A stretch of 64,000 nt of DNA from Lepidodermella squamata (Eukaryota; Animalia; Gastrotricha): contig JBLDXI010000031.1 in the NCBI GenBank assembly GCA_047495785.1, positions 434,001 through 498,000 on the forward strand. The letters are read 5' to 3'. The notes beneath the pieces were generated by a model that did not search any database, was not told where the DNA came from, and saw nothing but the letters and a program-made list of their open reading frames with translations. The position numbers and the translations under genes were made by a program. The number at the start of each line of letters is the position of its first letter. The first letter of the stretch is position 1. This document shows, piece by piece, positions 1 to 13,193 of the stretch.

Positions 1-276
1 CTGGAACTATCAATTTGCGCTTTCGTCTTGATCGTTCCGATATTCAATGTTGCTGCACTTTTTATGACTAAGGTATTTGATTTTGTATTCCTATTCGAAG
101 CGGTTTTCTAAACGTGAGATTTTCAGGCATTCCGGCGGAAGCATAGTAGCGTATTGAGCCGAAGCGATGTGCAGCCTATGCCCCCTCATTCGGTATTCGA
201 TGCATTCAAGGCGAATCCACTTTTCACAGATTTTTTAGTTCAAGACAGCGGGTTTCGCATTGGAATTAAAGCTTGA
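1..276 (+). CDS. 3' end (TM7 and tail) of a class C GPCR, paralogue of the 8807-11797 gene; 5' part lies outside the window
   Basis: Frame 1 reads LELSICAFVLIVPIFNVAALFMTK, then GT-AG intron 73-126, then AFRRKH...GIKA*. It aligns with 11572-11797, including the intron position. Confidence 0.85.
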
Positions 277-832
277 GCGAGTTGATTGCTGTAAATTCGA
301 AATCTCAATGTCTGACGAATCTTGACAGTTATATACAACTCCCTAAGAATTTTTTCAAATACTTGAATTACTGGAACGGTTTCGACGATGAACTGGAGCG
401 GAAATAAAATTAGCTTAGAATGGCAGACCTACATCTTAATAAACAATGAGTCTGAAGCTGGAGCACAGTTCGTACCGCACAATATGCTTTGCTTTATCTT
501 AATTTGCATCGGAAAATCTAAAATAGGTGCTTGTCGGTGTACGTCAGCTACTCTCAATTAGCTTCCCAAATAACTTTTTTCAGCATATAATTGTGTTTTG
601 AAGTATCAAGGCATGGTACGCAGACGATGGTCCCCGCAAACGATTTGCCCCCTGCTAATCATCACGTTTTTGACATTCAGTCGACGAAATTCAAAGCGAA
701 ATGAGTTAATATTGGACTGCAGTTGTCGAGTTTAGTACATACTGTCAGTATTGCTGAATTGAACGAATCACGCTGGAACTCGTTGTTATTATCAAATTTG
801 TTGCAGAATTTTAACGTTTCACAAGCTGAACA

Positions 833-3800
833 ATGAGAGTAAACAATTGGGTGCTCTTGCAAATTGGTTTTAGTTTTGCCATGGCGAAGATTCCATTTCG
901 AAGCCAGATGCCAAAAATTATCACTTCATCGGCATATGCGAACGAAACGCTTAGAAACACGACAAATACTCGAAAAATTATCAAACTGATGTCAACAATC
1001 AATTACGCAAGTCCACTATTCGCCCTTGGCACAATGTGCACCGAATCGATGCGAATGGCTCTTGACAACATGCGGCAACTCCCGAACTTCCTCGAAGATT
1101 ATGAAATCGTCATTGAACCCTACGAAGATTACGTAAGGTGGTACCAAGACATTTTTATCAAATTTAGTTACCTTCCGTGTTTTCAGTGTGCGCGACAATT
1201 CACAGTTTCGGCATACGTCTCATTTCTTCAAAGGGCTGTTCTACCAGGCAGTATCGCTTTCCCCCTGACTTTAGCCTCCTTTTGTCCAGGAAACAGTCAC
1301 GCTGGTATGATATCGGTACATCACAACGTTCTCCAAGTAAGAACACGCTATTCATATATTTCCATTTATGATTTAGACATTTCTGTTAGCTTACCGAGGT
1401 CAGCGCGGCTCCGGAAACCTACAACAACAGGCAGTTGTATCGAAACTTGTACCTCATGATGCCATCTCCAAGCGCTGCCATAGAATCAGTGGCCTGGTTC
1501 TGTTTGAAAATGGGCTGGACGCGGCTTTTCATGTTCTCGGAGAACGTCGATTACGCCATCGAGCACGAATCCAGGATCATCGCTGAATTCGATCGGTTCA
1601 ACGTTACCTACTCATTTCAATCAGTCAAAATACCTTTCCAAGAGGGTTTACCGCCCGATTCCGAGGCACTAGAGAGAGGAATTGGGGAACTAGCGGCTTT
1701 GAAGCCTAGGATCATGTTGTTTGAAATGACAATCTTCTCTCGAGTCGCATGTTGGCTGCATCGATATGAAATTTACGGTCCTAACTACGTCATCTTGATC
1801 ACGAGTGGCGGGCTCTTTGAAGAAAATGATTTTCTGAGATTTATGCCTTGGTGTACCCCACAGATGTTACGTGACGTTCTCCGAACCATCATTAGTTTCA
1901 GCTACTCAAATGTTATGAATAGTATGTCTGATGGCGGATCGTCTTATAAAGACTACACTGGCACGTCTGGCAAGGAATTCGAAGAAAATCTTAAACTAAT
2001 TGTCGAAAGTCCTGAGAAGCAGCCTGTTTGGTTCTTTTGGAGGTCATTTTGCTACGACAACGTCATAGCAGCCGGCTACGTCCTCAATGCGACTGAGACT
2101 GTTTTGAAATCGCGTAATCAGTCGCTTATTGACTGGACGATGCCGTCGCAAAGGTTTCAAAATAACGGGGGCGAGATTGTCGAAATTATGAAATCAATTC
2201 TCGACAAAATGCAACTTCGCACGTTCCTGGGCGAGGTGACATTCGATCACAGAATGAGGTTCGCCTACTCACAGATCCAGGAAAGTGACACTGAAAAAAG
2301 TTATTCCAATCAACAGCTGCCGAGACTTGTTGCTATTCCTGTGGCTATTTACAACGTTGATGAGAACAACGCGAAATCTATTGAATTTGGACCACACAAT
2401 TTCATCTGGAAAACATGGAATGGAAAGGCGCCTGAAGATCGATTAAAAGTTGTACAGATTCAAAAACCGGTTTTAGGCCTAGCATCATACGGAGCACTGA
2501 CAGGCATCGGATGCATAGAATGTTTGCTTCTAATCGGTCTTCTTATTGGAACTATAAGGTCTCTAGTATCTGAAGGGCGTAGAACTCGTGAAGCTAAGTG
2601 TTGTAGTTTGTCCATGATTTTCTCCGATTTGCTGCTTTTATGCAACGTCCTCTGCCAGCCTCAGGATCCGAATGAATCGACCTTAACTTCAACCTGCATG
2701 CTTTCTTATGCATTTCTCACGCTCGGTCTGTCAGGAATTTTCTTCAGTTTTATGGCGAATTTCGAAGTGGTTGCAAAATCTGTCAAAGTTGTCGCGAGTA
2801 GAGGAAGACTTCAGTCTTCTACAGCTAAAGAATTACAAACTCGAGGGAGCAGTGTTTATTTCAGAGAGTCTTCGGCAAATGAAGCGAGGATATCGGTGAT
2901 ACCTGTTAGCCAAGTTTCTAGCTTCAAGCGGAGGTTTTTCGCATTAGGATTCGGACAAACTGGGCTGTATTCCATGCTACTTCTAGCTTGGTTCATTGCT
3001 AGCCCATTTGAAATTGTAACGCGCACAGTGGACTATGTAGAAGATGCCAGGAACCCTGCCCTGGCTTATCTCTACTTAACCCTTTCATGGCGGAATTATT
3101 TATCAGCGGGAGAAAAAATATTTGACGGCGGTTCTAGGGGTTTTAGAGGACCCTGATCACGATTTTGAAACCCGTTTAACTCTATCTATCACCGTTAATG
3201 CTGTACAAAAACTGGCCGAAATCGTCCTATCCGCCCAGCTGATTTCAGCAGATTTTTCGAACACGCTAACTTCTGTGTCAGTGATTCCAGCTTTGGAATT
3301 TTAGATTATAAATTACTCCCATGAATGTCCCCAAGATTCTCCCTCACTTAAATCGCCAAAAACATTCAGTTTAAAAAAGATTCAGAGGCTCAGCATTCAG
3401 ATCTGAATTCAGCTTTTCCAGTTTTTGCTCGCGGCAGTTTTTGCAGCACAAAAACCACGCACTCCGCCTGTATGAGTCGAGGCGGATAGGACGATTTCGG
3501 CCGGTTTGATTAAATCTCAATAGCGTCGTCATTTTTGATTTCCAACTCGAAAAAATTTACAAAGAGGTCAATGAGACTATGGCGGACACGGTGGTATTTT
3601 TGTTGGATCAAAAAATGATCAGAAACCTATGAGATTTCAAGTTGAAAAAAATCGAAATTTCAATCTCAGGTTGACTATTTTCAAATTGCTTTTATGTCCT
3701 GACCATGCAAGATAACCGCGCCCTGGTCTTAAAACCTTGTAGCCAACATCGAAAAGCAATATTCCTGAAAAGGGCGATCAAAAATTCATCGAATTCAATT

Positions 3801-4287
3801 TTCTGTGAATTTTCAAAGTCGAAATTCCGAAATCGTCCTTCCCGCCGTGAAAGGGTTAAGGAAAGAATGCTCTATCCCAGGGAATCAAGTTACCTATGGC
3901 ATTGTCGGAGTTTTAGCCGCCATACCTTCAGCATTCATCCTGAGGTCTTGCCAGCTCATTCTAGGACTTGATCGAGTAAGTTTTTAAAGTTACGCTAAAC
4001 CTTGATTAATTTCGCCCTTTGATTAGACGAAGAGCTCTCGAAGCAAGTTGATGTCAAATTGTTTCTACGGCAGTGTCATACTGATTGGATGTGCCTGTCT
4101 GGTATGTGGCGCCATCTTTAGCAACGATCAAGGTCATCTTCGAATTTCGCTGTCCGCTTTCGTTCTGATTCTGCCGCTTATCAACTCAGCGCCGTTATTG
4201 CAAGAGTTCATGGGCGGGAAGAAAAAAACTACTGAGTTACGTGAATCCGTTACGGCGTCGCGGCGCAGGACAATTTCGTCGCGCTGA
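833..4287 (+). pseudogene. Class C GPCR (GABA-B-like, VFT+7TM) 'R-A', interrupted by a 776-bp TTAA-site MITE in ECL2
   Basis: Exons 833-1132, 1187-1336, 1390-3975 (minus insert) and 4027-4287. Signal peptide present; collinear with intact paralogue 31800-34597. Removing the insert plus one TTAA restores YLYLRKECSIPG. Confidence 0.85.
3080..3855. mobile_element. Non-autonomous piggyBac-type element (MITE)
   Basis: TTAA at 3076-3079 and 3856-3859. Ends are CCCTTTCATGGCGG and CCGCCGTGAAAGGG. The empty site is visible in the paralogue near 34050. Confidence 0.93.
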
Positions 4288-4804
4288 GTTTGAAAGGAGC
4301 CGCAATTATATATTATCATGACGAATCATGTTAGGAGTAAGGATCTATTTTAGAGATGCTTACGAAGATCATCCATCAACGTCCATACTTTAAAGATTGA
4401 AAGAAAGACCTGTAAAGCGAGTATACGACTTCGATGATTTTAAAGTTTTTGGACTATTTTTTACCGACTCGCCAAGTAAATAACATATCACGCGAAATCA
4501 TACGATCTCATCGCGTAAAATTATTGACCTCTTTCCAGCGTAGAATCTATGAAAGATTTCGCTCTTGATATAAGAAATGTTTCAATGAGGAAACCGGGCA
4601 AAATGTGGAAGCAGCGGCTATAGCATCAAGTGTCGTTAAGTGCGGAAACTTATCGATCGATAGGTACAAATGAACAATGAACCATTCGAATTTCTTGAGT
4701 TGGCACTGACATGAATATCAAATTTAACACCCATCTGGTGACTAAATCTATTTGTAATTTTTCATAGCATAGAAACCTTACATGTCGCATGTCGCATTGG
4801 ATGA

Positions 4805-5163
4805 GCTTGTTGGAAATATATTGGTTCATAGACGTTAGCCGCCTCCAAGTTTCCGACTGCTTTATATGTCTAATGTTTAGCAAAGCAACTTTGTCGAATT
4901 TGCACTCCGTTTAACTTTAGAGTCTGCTTTGATAATAATGTCAATAAGGATTATTACAGCTCTCAGCTTCATTTCAGTCATTGCTTGTTGGAAATATATT
5001 GGTTCATAGATGTTAGCCGCCTCCAAGTTTCCGACTGCTTTATATGTCTAATGTTTAGCAAAGCAACTTTGTCGAATTTGCACTCCGTTTAACTTTAGAG
5101 TCTGCTTTGATAATAATGTCAATAAGGATTATTACAGCTCTCAGCTTCATTTCAGTCATTGCT
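4805..5163 (+). repeat. 178-bp tandem duplication covering the promoter, start codon and signal peptide of GPCR R-B
   Basis: Copies begin at 4805 and 4983 and are almost identical (one C/T difference seen). GCT microhomology at the junction. Confidence 0.95.
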
Positions 5164-7449
5164 GGGGAATCAATTAAAAGAAAGGAACTTGTTGTATTAT
5201 CGCTACATCCATTCGCGGGTTACGAGCCTCTAACCTTCCAACACTGCCGCTCTGTCCAGCAAATGGTGGTTGACGATGTGAATAAACGCAGCGACATTCT
5301 ACCCGAATACAAGTTGACATTTGACTTCCGAAATGAAGGTGCGGCTGGAATGCTGGCTGTCCGAAGTACTTTTGATTTCATTCGCCAGCCAGTTGATTCG
5401 TCTAGAATTCTGTCTCCGATTACAACCGGCCCGCTTCAAAGCGTTGGTTGCAAAGCTTCGGGGACAATCCTACACCACCTTGACCTCATTGGAATCGGAT
5501 CGTCTTGCACTGCTCCTGGGTTGATAGATAACAGATCGAAATATCCTAATTTGTATCGGATCCGTGGCCCAGCTCAAGCTTGCATGACGAGCCGATTAGC
5601 TTTCTTGAAGCGAAAAGCTAGCCACGTGAAGAAAATGGCTATAATAATGCATTTATCAGCAAATTCTTACAGCATCGAGACCGGGAGTTTTTTGTTCAAA
5701 GCTGCGACTTATAAAGGCTTTGACATCACATTGTTCGAGGCCAGCCCTGATTTCAATGACGATTTCATGCTTCACTTGAAGGAGCTCGATATCAGAATTT
5801 TCAACATGGAGACGAGTGAAGGAATAGTAGCCCTGAATTTTCTCTGTATGACCTACAAACACGGAATAACAGGGCCGAAGTATCGATTCATTCTCCAAAT
5901 GGCATCGCAGTTCGTTCCGCCAGTTCTGCCCCCAATGCTGTGGTCGAAGTGCACTAGGGCATTCATAATCGAACAGTTGAAGTCCACAATCTACGTCGGG
6001 GCTCCGACTGAAATCTGGCTACCACCCCCAGCTAGCAGTGTTGACTCTCTCGGAAGGACCCTAGAGCAATTCAACGCTGAACTTGATGCTTTTACAAACA
6101 AATCGAGACCTCCTGGGGATTTCAGTTTTCGACATCTCTGTTACGATTCCGCCCTTCACACTATAGTTCGGCTGAATGTAACGAATCAGCTGTTGCAGTC
6201 GCAAAACCTGACCTTCGAAGATTACCGCACGAACCCTGGCTACGTGGTAAAGATTGCCGAGCAAAGCTTTGCTGCAGAAGTTCGCGACTTGAGGTTTGGG
6301 CTCCTTAAATACTCAAAACGCATGGAGTGGGATGAAGAGCCTCAATTGCTCGGGACTTGGTCTGAAGCGAAGCAATCTGTCGATGTTCGATACAGAATGG
6401 TTTGCTATGAAAACTGCGCTGATGAAATGAACGCTGTCTTCAAAATGGATGAGCTCAATCCTTTGCCAAGTTTCCCAGCTGATGGCGCTGTTAGAGCCGT
6501 TACCTTCATCGAATTCCCTGAATCTGGCTTCATATCCATCGTCGTTTTGAGTTCGATGGGAATTCTTGCAACGTTGGGAATGTGCTGTCTCAGGATAAAG
6601 AGATCATCAGTGATAAAAAACCCAGTTTTTCTCGGTCTGATTCTCATCTTCGGATCTAGCATTCCTTTCGCAGCCACAAAGTCTCTAACCAACGCTTTAG
6701 GCTGTTACTTTAGGATCATTCTTATTGTCTTGGGTGTTAGTATAACTAATTCATCTCTCGGACTTAGTTTAATGCTTCGAGTTACTCGGGCCCGAATTAG
6801 GAGAACTGAAACAGGTCTAGCTCTGCAGCGAAATTATAGCGCCGCATTTTCAATGGGCAGAAGCGTTGGCACTGCTGAACATTTACAAAGAGTTGATTCA
6901 TCCTCGAATGTCTCACTTAGTCGCAGGAAAAATCATTCTAGCACTAATCGTGAGGTCGCAGTCGAAATTCACGAAGCAAATCTCACCTCAAAAGTGACGA
7001 TCTTCACACTTCTCAATATCATTGGAATAGTTGCGTGGCTGCTAGGCGATCAACCGACTGTTACAGAGGTTATACTTTCCTCAAAGTATCACGAAGATTC
7101 TGATGCTTGGATTGATACGAAATCGTTAACATGCCAGCTCAGTCGTCAAAATAGCTTGGGGTCCATCATTCAGGCTGTTTTGATCGTCCTGAATGCTATT
7201 CCGCTAATAGGTGGTTGTTTATGCGCACTAAAACTGCGAGGGAAGTCTGTCTCATTTGAGATTCAGAGGACGAAGGTTGCGAATGCTGTGTCTTTAACGC
7301 TCTTCATGGCTGGTATTGCTGTTTCGGCCATGGTCGCTAATCAACCTGTAGCGTTGCAGGGGTTGATTAGTGGTATTTTAATAATTTATCCAGCAGCTAT
7401 ATTTTTGATATTGGCTCTTAAAAAACCAAACGATACCCCCTTGTCTTGA
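5116..7449 (+). CDS. Intronless class C GPCR (GABA-B-like) 'R-B', ~777 aa
   Basis: Signal peptide; VFT motifs (DVNKRSDILPEYKL, YPNLYRI, CYDS); seven hydrophobic helices with Cys in TM3 and ECL2; no cysteine-rich domain. Confidence 0.9.
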   Translation: MSIRIITALSFISVIAGESIKRKELVVLSLHPFAGYEPLTFQHCRSVQQMVVDDVNKRSDILPEYKLTFDFRNEGAAGMLAVRSTFDFIRQPVDSSRILSPITTGPLQSVGCKASGTILHHLDLIGIGSSCTAPGLIDNRSKYPNLYRIRGPAQACMTSRLAFLKRKASHVKKMAIIMHLSANSYSIETGSFLFKAATYKGFDITLFEASPDFNDDFMLHLKELDIRIFNMETSEGIVALNFLCMTYKHGITGPKYRFILQMASQFVPPVLPPMLWSKCTRAFIIEQLKSTIYVGAPTEIWLPPPASSVDSLGRTLEQFNAELDAFTNKSRPPGDFSFRHLCYDSALHTIVRLNVTNQLLQSQNLTFEDYRTNPGYVVKIAEQSFAAEVRDLRFGLLKYSKRMEWDEEPQLLGTWSEAKQSVDVRYRMVCYENCADEMNAVFKMDELNPLPSFPADGAVRAVTFIEFPESGFISIVVLSSMGILATLGMCCLRIKRSSVIKNPVFLGLILIFGSSIPFAATKSLTNALGCYFRIILIVLGVSITNSSLGLSLMLRVTRARIRRTETGLALQRNYSAAFSMGRSVGTAEHLQRVDSSSNVSLSRRKNHSSTNREVAVEIHEANLTSKVTIFTLLNIIGIVAWLLGDQPTVTEVILSSKYHEDSDAWIDTKSLTCQLSRQNSLGSIIQAVLIVLNAIPLIGGCLCALKLRGKSVSFEIQRTKVANAVSLTLFMAGIAVSAMVANQPVALQGLISGILIIYPAAIFLILALKKPNDTPLS

Positions 7450-8806
7450 ATTTTGAACAATGAGTCATTCCGTTCAACAACTCAATAGCATCAATAAAAA
7501 TATTTAATATGACGCCGAAGGTTCGTTACTATGCCGTTTGCTGCTGTAAGTATGAGTTATCCAATAAGATTGGGACTAGGGTAGCGAGAATTATCATGAC
7601 AGGATAGTAAGACCTACATTTGATTCGACCATATGGAAAGGCGCCCTGAAACACGTCGCCTAATTTGAACATCTGCAGCACACGTGCGCAGCACAATTAT
7701 GAAACCCGCGCGCGTTTCACAGGTGCGCAGCTCAAATGTTTGCTTTGTAACCGCAATAACACGTGTGCAGCCGAACGCATATTTTTTAGTAGCCCTAATT
7801 AAAAAATTTGAAGCACGATTATTCAATATTCAGTATTCATCATTCATCCACCTAAGATTCCTTTTTTCTAAGATTTGTATTTATAGGCTTAGGACTGGAA
7901 GTAATTGGAAATAGCCTTTTCATAACAAATTTTCTTGACGTTCATTCAGCTCCCTGAGTTCACGTCGCGGACGAACTCGCCCTTCAGTATTTTTTCTGTT
8001 CACCATACTGTCACTTACGGCTTGGCAGACTTTATTTCTCCTTACTTCTTACATACCACTCGTTGTACTGCCAGACCTTTTCTGAAGTGCGAGTTCTTCC
8101 GCGACGTGAACGACATACATAGTTTAATCTTTTCTGCCCGGTCACAATCGTAAAGGCTCGGTGTTTATATTGCGACATTGAAATGAAGGAGTCATTTGAA
8201 GAGCCAATAACGATTAACTGAGCTAATTCTCGACATGTCGACTGCTTTTTGATCTTATAGCGGCCGGTATCATAAAAAATAGCAGAAGTCCCCATATTAT
8301 CCATATCGGACACATATTAGTAAAGCGTAGTACCAAAAATCGGATGTGTACTTTTGACTGTCTTTCGGACAAAAAATGCGGTTCAAATTTTAAAGGCGTT
8401 CTCAGTCCCTTCGATCATCCGAGACTCATTCCGTCCCTTATGCGTTATGCGAGATTCGCCAGCTTCTGAAATACCTAAGTGTTTATACATACACCGAACA
8501 GTCTAGAATCTTCTATGCCTAGCACTATATAGCTTTTGTCAGACAGCGAGATTAGAAATTTCGTGTCGCTGGCAGATGAGATTCTTTACGGAAATGAATC
8601 TATCATAGATGAAATTGAAGACTCAAGTTTGCTGTCTGCCTCTACAAGGCTAATGTTTCTATGCCAATTCACAGTCGCACTTGAAACAACGGAAAATGCG
8701 TTGTACCAGCTCGAAAAAAGCGTAACGCAGTTAGAGAGTAGGCGATAGCACATAAAAAGCTTCGAGAATTCTCGAGAAAACAATATAATAATATTGACAT
8801 CGCGAA

Positions 8807-11797
8807 ATGTTTGCAATAGTAACTATAACACTAATAGCTATTGGTCTTCAAATCGAAGCGAAAGTTCCATTCAGAAGTTCGCTACCTAAGCTTATCTCAG
8901 CTTCAACCTCAAATGCATCCGTTCAGTCGGACGAAAGGAAAATGATCAAATTATCGGCTGCGATTCCATACCTGGGCCCACTGATTTCGCTAGGAGCGAC
9001 TTGCACGGAATCTATGAAAATAGGACTGGACAACATGCGAGCTCTTCCCAACTTCCTAACAGATTATGAAATCGTTATCGAGCCATATGAAGATTACGTA
9101 AGCCTTTTCTTTAACTTGATTGGTTTATCGAACTTAAATGCTGAATCTAGTGCGCTCGGCAAATAACTATAGCAGGTTATATGGGATTCCTGGAAAGATC
9201 GAAAACACCGAATAGCAGCTATTTCCCATTATCTCTTGCGTCATTCTGCCCCGGGAACAGCCATACTGGCTTGATTTCACTCCATCAGAACGTGCTACAG
9301 GTAAATCCGGATCATTTTCCAAATTCGCTCACTATATCTTCTAATCTGAAGTTAACAGAAGTGAGTGCTGCTCCTGAAGTCTACAACGACCGAAAAGCTT
9401 ATAGAAACCTCTATTTGATGATGCCATCGCCAAGCGCGGCTGTTGAATCAGTCGCTTGGTTTTGCATGAAAATGGGCTGGAATCGACTATTTATGTTCTC
9501 GGAAAATGTTGACTATGCTAATGAAGTAAGTTCCCCCAAATACAAATTCTGTCAGATTGATAATTTGATGATCCATTAAGTCGATTCAAAGTACTTATAG
9601 ATGGAACTTCAACTTCCCCTCTGAATTTCTAAATCTCCTTACAGAATCACGTAGTTCAAAATATTGTATTCAAATGTTTTGCAGCACAATGCCCGAATAA
9701 TGTCCGAATTCGATCGTCTGAACATTTCCTATTCGTATCAAACGGTCAAAATGCCATACATGGGTGGCCTACCTCCAGATTCCGAATCTTTGGAGCGTTA
9801 TGTTGGCGAACTAGCGGCTCTGAACCCTCGCATTATCCTCGTCGAGTTGGTCATTCTATCACGAGCAGCCTGCTGGTTCCACAGGTACGGCCTTTACGGG
9901 CCTAACTACGTCATTATCATCACAAACGGCGGTTTATTCGACGAAAATGACTTTCTGCGCTTTCAACCTTGGTGCACATCCCAGATGTTGCGAGAATTTC
10001 TTCAAAGCGTCATTAGTTTTGGTTACTCTAACGTGATAAACAGTGCTTTAGATGGAGGGGCGAGTTACCAGGATTTCACGGGGATGTCTGGCAAAGAGTA
10101 TGACGAGGCTCTGAAAAACGCAGTCGAAGGTGCAGATAGGCAGCCTGTTTGGTGGTTCTGGCGTTCATTTTGCTACGACAACATCCTGGCGGCTGGTTAC
10201 TTACTCAACGCAACGGAAGCTAAGCTGAAAAATCGTAATTAAAAAAAACAATCCCATATCCTGCTAATTGATCCTTTTAGAAAGTGAGACCTTAAGTGAT
10301 TGGTTAATGGACGGAGCTAAGTTTCAAACGAATGGAAAAGACTTAATACAAACTATGAGATCCATTCTCGACCACTCTTCTATACGAACGATGCTAGGCG
10401 AGGTGACATTCGATAAGCGCATGAAGTTTGCCTACTCGCAGATGCAGTTGAAGACGGAAGAAGGCGTGGCGAAGCTCAGTCCAATTCCTGTTGCTATTTA
10501 TGAAGTTGACGCTAACGAACGGAAGTCGATGAAATTAGGCCCGGGAAAGTTCGTTTGGCGAACTTGGAATCGCCTAGCTCCTAAAGACAGTTTAGTTTTG
10601 GTCGACATCCAAACGCCTCGATTTTCATTAGCAACCTACGCAACCATACTCCGTAAGGGATTCGGACATTTCTATTTTTGTTTAACATTCAATTTCTCGC
10701 TTAGTTTTCAGCGTGTCTGAAGTAGTCCTGATAATTGGGTTGATATGCCTCCAGATTTATCGAAATGGATTTCCGGTCATGGAAGATCTTTTTTCCACCT
10801 TTTTAATCTTTTCAAGTGACATCATTCTTCAAGGGTTTGTTCTCAGTCAGCGATACAACGGCAAAGCTTCGGAGCTGCTTCCATCCTGCAAAGCATCATT
10901 TACTATGTTAATTTTCGGTTTAGTCTCACTATTTTTCGGCTATTGCGGGAAGTTTGAGGTTTGGTACCTGGAGCGGAAATCGATGATTTCGAAAAGTACG
11001 AGTTCCGGGCATGTTTCGCAAAATCATCTGGTCCACAACGATACTTTCATCAATGCTGTTACCCTTAAAGTCCCAAAAGTTTACAAAGTCAAGCCAGTAA
11101 CTAGTTTTGAAAAGCGAAAACTGGTGAAATTACGCAGCTTGCTTGTGATCCTTATCAAAATATGCGTGGCTACGCTGGTAGCTGTGGTAGTCTGGTTGGA
11201 ACAAAGCCCGATTTCGATTTTGCGAGCGTATGATAAAGACGAATCTTACTCAAAACATGCTGCGATCACCTATCAGTACCACAGCCTGAATTGTTCGATC
11301 AACGAGAATTGGGCTGTTTACCTGTTGGCAGGGACGATCTTCACAATTTTAACAGCTCTCATTGCTCGATCGGTCTATCTAGTTTTCAGACTTCAAAATG
11401 TAAGTTGAAAATGATTCCGTTGACATATACTTATTTTCATTGTTTTAGATAAAGCTCCATCCTCAAATTAGGGCTGTAAAGATTTTATCAAACGCATTTT
11501 TTGCGACAACCACACTCATGGCAGCAATTTTGCTTGTTTCCGCGGCAATTTTCCGAAGTGAGGACGCGCAGCTGGAACTATCAATTTGTGCTTTCGTCTT
11601 GATCGCCCCGATTATCAGCGTTGCAGCCCTATTCATGACTGAGGTATTGTATTTTGTAAATCACATTCAATGCTATTTTAAGGTTAATATTTCAGGTTTT
11701 CCAACGGAAGCATCGCGTATTGAGCCGTTGCAACACGCAGCATATGCAACTTCGTTCGGCGTTCCATTCTGCAAACCCACAATTCACAGATTTTTGA
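8807..11797 (+). CDS. Class C GPCR (GABA-B-like) 'R-C', 8 exons
   Basis: ORFs 8807, 9181, 9664, 10268, 10713 and 11518 join in frame through GT-AG introns. Shares MMPSPSAAVESVAWFC and WRSFCYDN with paralogues. Last exon is 11696-11797. Confidence 0.88.
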
Positions 11798-12323
11798 GTC
11801 AAGCAATTGGTATCGATCGGCTCGAAACCGCTCCGTTTAGAATAGTCCTAGAATAGTCGAATGAATACTGCATGAATATTGGGAGTTCAATATTTGAGCC
11901 CCAATTTGCACATAATGATAATTTATTAACTGAAAGTTTCTTGACTTGACAAGCGAGCCAGCTGATGATGATCGGACGAGTTGCCGGCAAGCTTTCCCTA
12001 AGTTTTTACGCCGTCAATTCGTAAAAATGTGGCATTGACCAAAGACTTTAGCTATTTGAATATTGTGGTCACCTGCCTCCTTGAAAATTTCCGACCAGTT
12101 ACTTTTCAACCGTTCATGGCACGGCAGCGAGCGATGGCTCAAAAAAACAGGCGAGGATCATCTTTCGAATGGATGCAGCCGCGTGAATAAAGTCCACGAA
12201 TTGGTGCTGAGTGAATAACTTATTAAACAAGTTAGTTAATCCTTTTATTTTTTCCCAAATTATCAAACAATTTACTAAGAAATAAAATTTACTAAGTGTT
12301 TGCTGATCAACAAACGTCCCTCA

Positions 12324-13193
12324 TCAAGCCCCCCTGGTGCATTTCTCAACATAGAACGAACCGGATGTTGACGTGGGGGCTCCATAACTGAATTGGACGC
12401 CATCGGTTCCTGCGATAAGATTGGAGCAGCATGCAGCGAAGCTAGCAGAGGCCAAGCTATTGGGAGTAGCAGGTAGTAAATCATGCTGTGAAAGAATGAC
12501 ATTCATACAGAAAGCCAAAGTGAATATTTATCAGTGTGCGAAGTTTGATTCTGAAGCTGAGATGCTTTCCTCAGCCGAAGAAATCAAAGGTTCAGCCTCC
12601 TATATGCATCGCATGTTAATCAAACGCACCTGAATCGTTATTCCAACGGTGTTAGTCTCACAGCTAGATGGGAATCGCAAGCAATACCCAGCGGGCGCAG
12701 AGCCGCAAGCTTTGAAGGGCCTCGCATCAGTGCCAACTACACCGCAGTAGGACACCATAGTTGAATTTACCGATATGACATCGTATATCGTTGTCGTCGC
12801 GGTTCCGCCAAGAGATGAGCAGCAAAGCTCGAACGAAGTCGCCCCAACTCCTGTCGAAACGCCGCCCAAGTTACACAAGCCATTTCTGGTGCAGTATTTG
12901 AGGGTGGCTGCCACAGGGGAAGCACCTATTGTTGCGACTGAGCAACCGGCATATGATGTCTAGGATAACGAGCCGTGAGCCTATTTCTCGAAAGAATATC
13001 TATGACTCACTGTTGGCGGTTGACAAGTTTGTCTCGCCAAGGCACAAGTGTTATCTGCATAGCAGACTGTGCTTGCCGGGCAAATACCTGTGGCGCAATT
13101 AGTGCTAGCAAAAGTTCCGATAGATGTCGACGCTGGACAGGTGATGGCATAACTGAAGAAGGACGCAAAAACCGCAAACAAAGTAACGACCAT
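12324..13193 (-). CDS. Secreted 18-Cys protein, type A, copy A1 (~224 aa)
   Basis: Exons 13193-13011, 12959-12630, 12485-12324, all phase 0. Signal peptide then CPAST; YCLRFPSSCET motif; ends EKCTRGA*. Confidence 0.88.

Noticed and set aside
3080-3855. Insert as a spliceable intron or programmed-elimination sequence
   Set aside because: The ends are CCC...GGG, not splice sites, and nothing in the window supports programmed excision.
5116-7449. Gene symbols GABBR1/GABBR2 for the receptors
   Set aside because: The architecture is similar, but orthology cannot be shown; no sushi domains or coiled-coil tail.
8533-8748. Protein-like 70-aa ORF ending just before R-C
   Set aside because: It starts at TTG after a possible acceptor. 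I could not find a convincing upstream exon or homologue.
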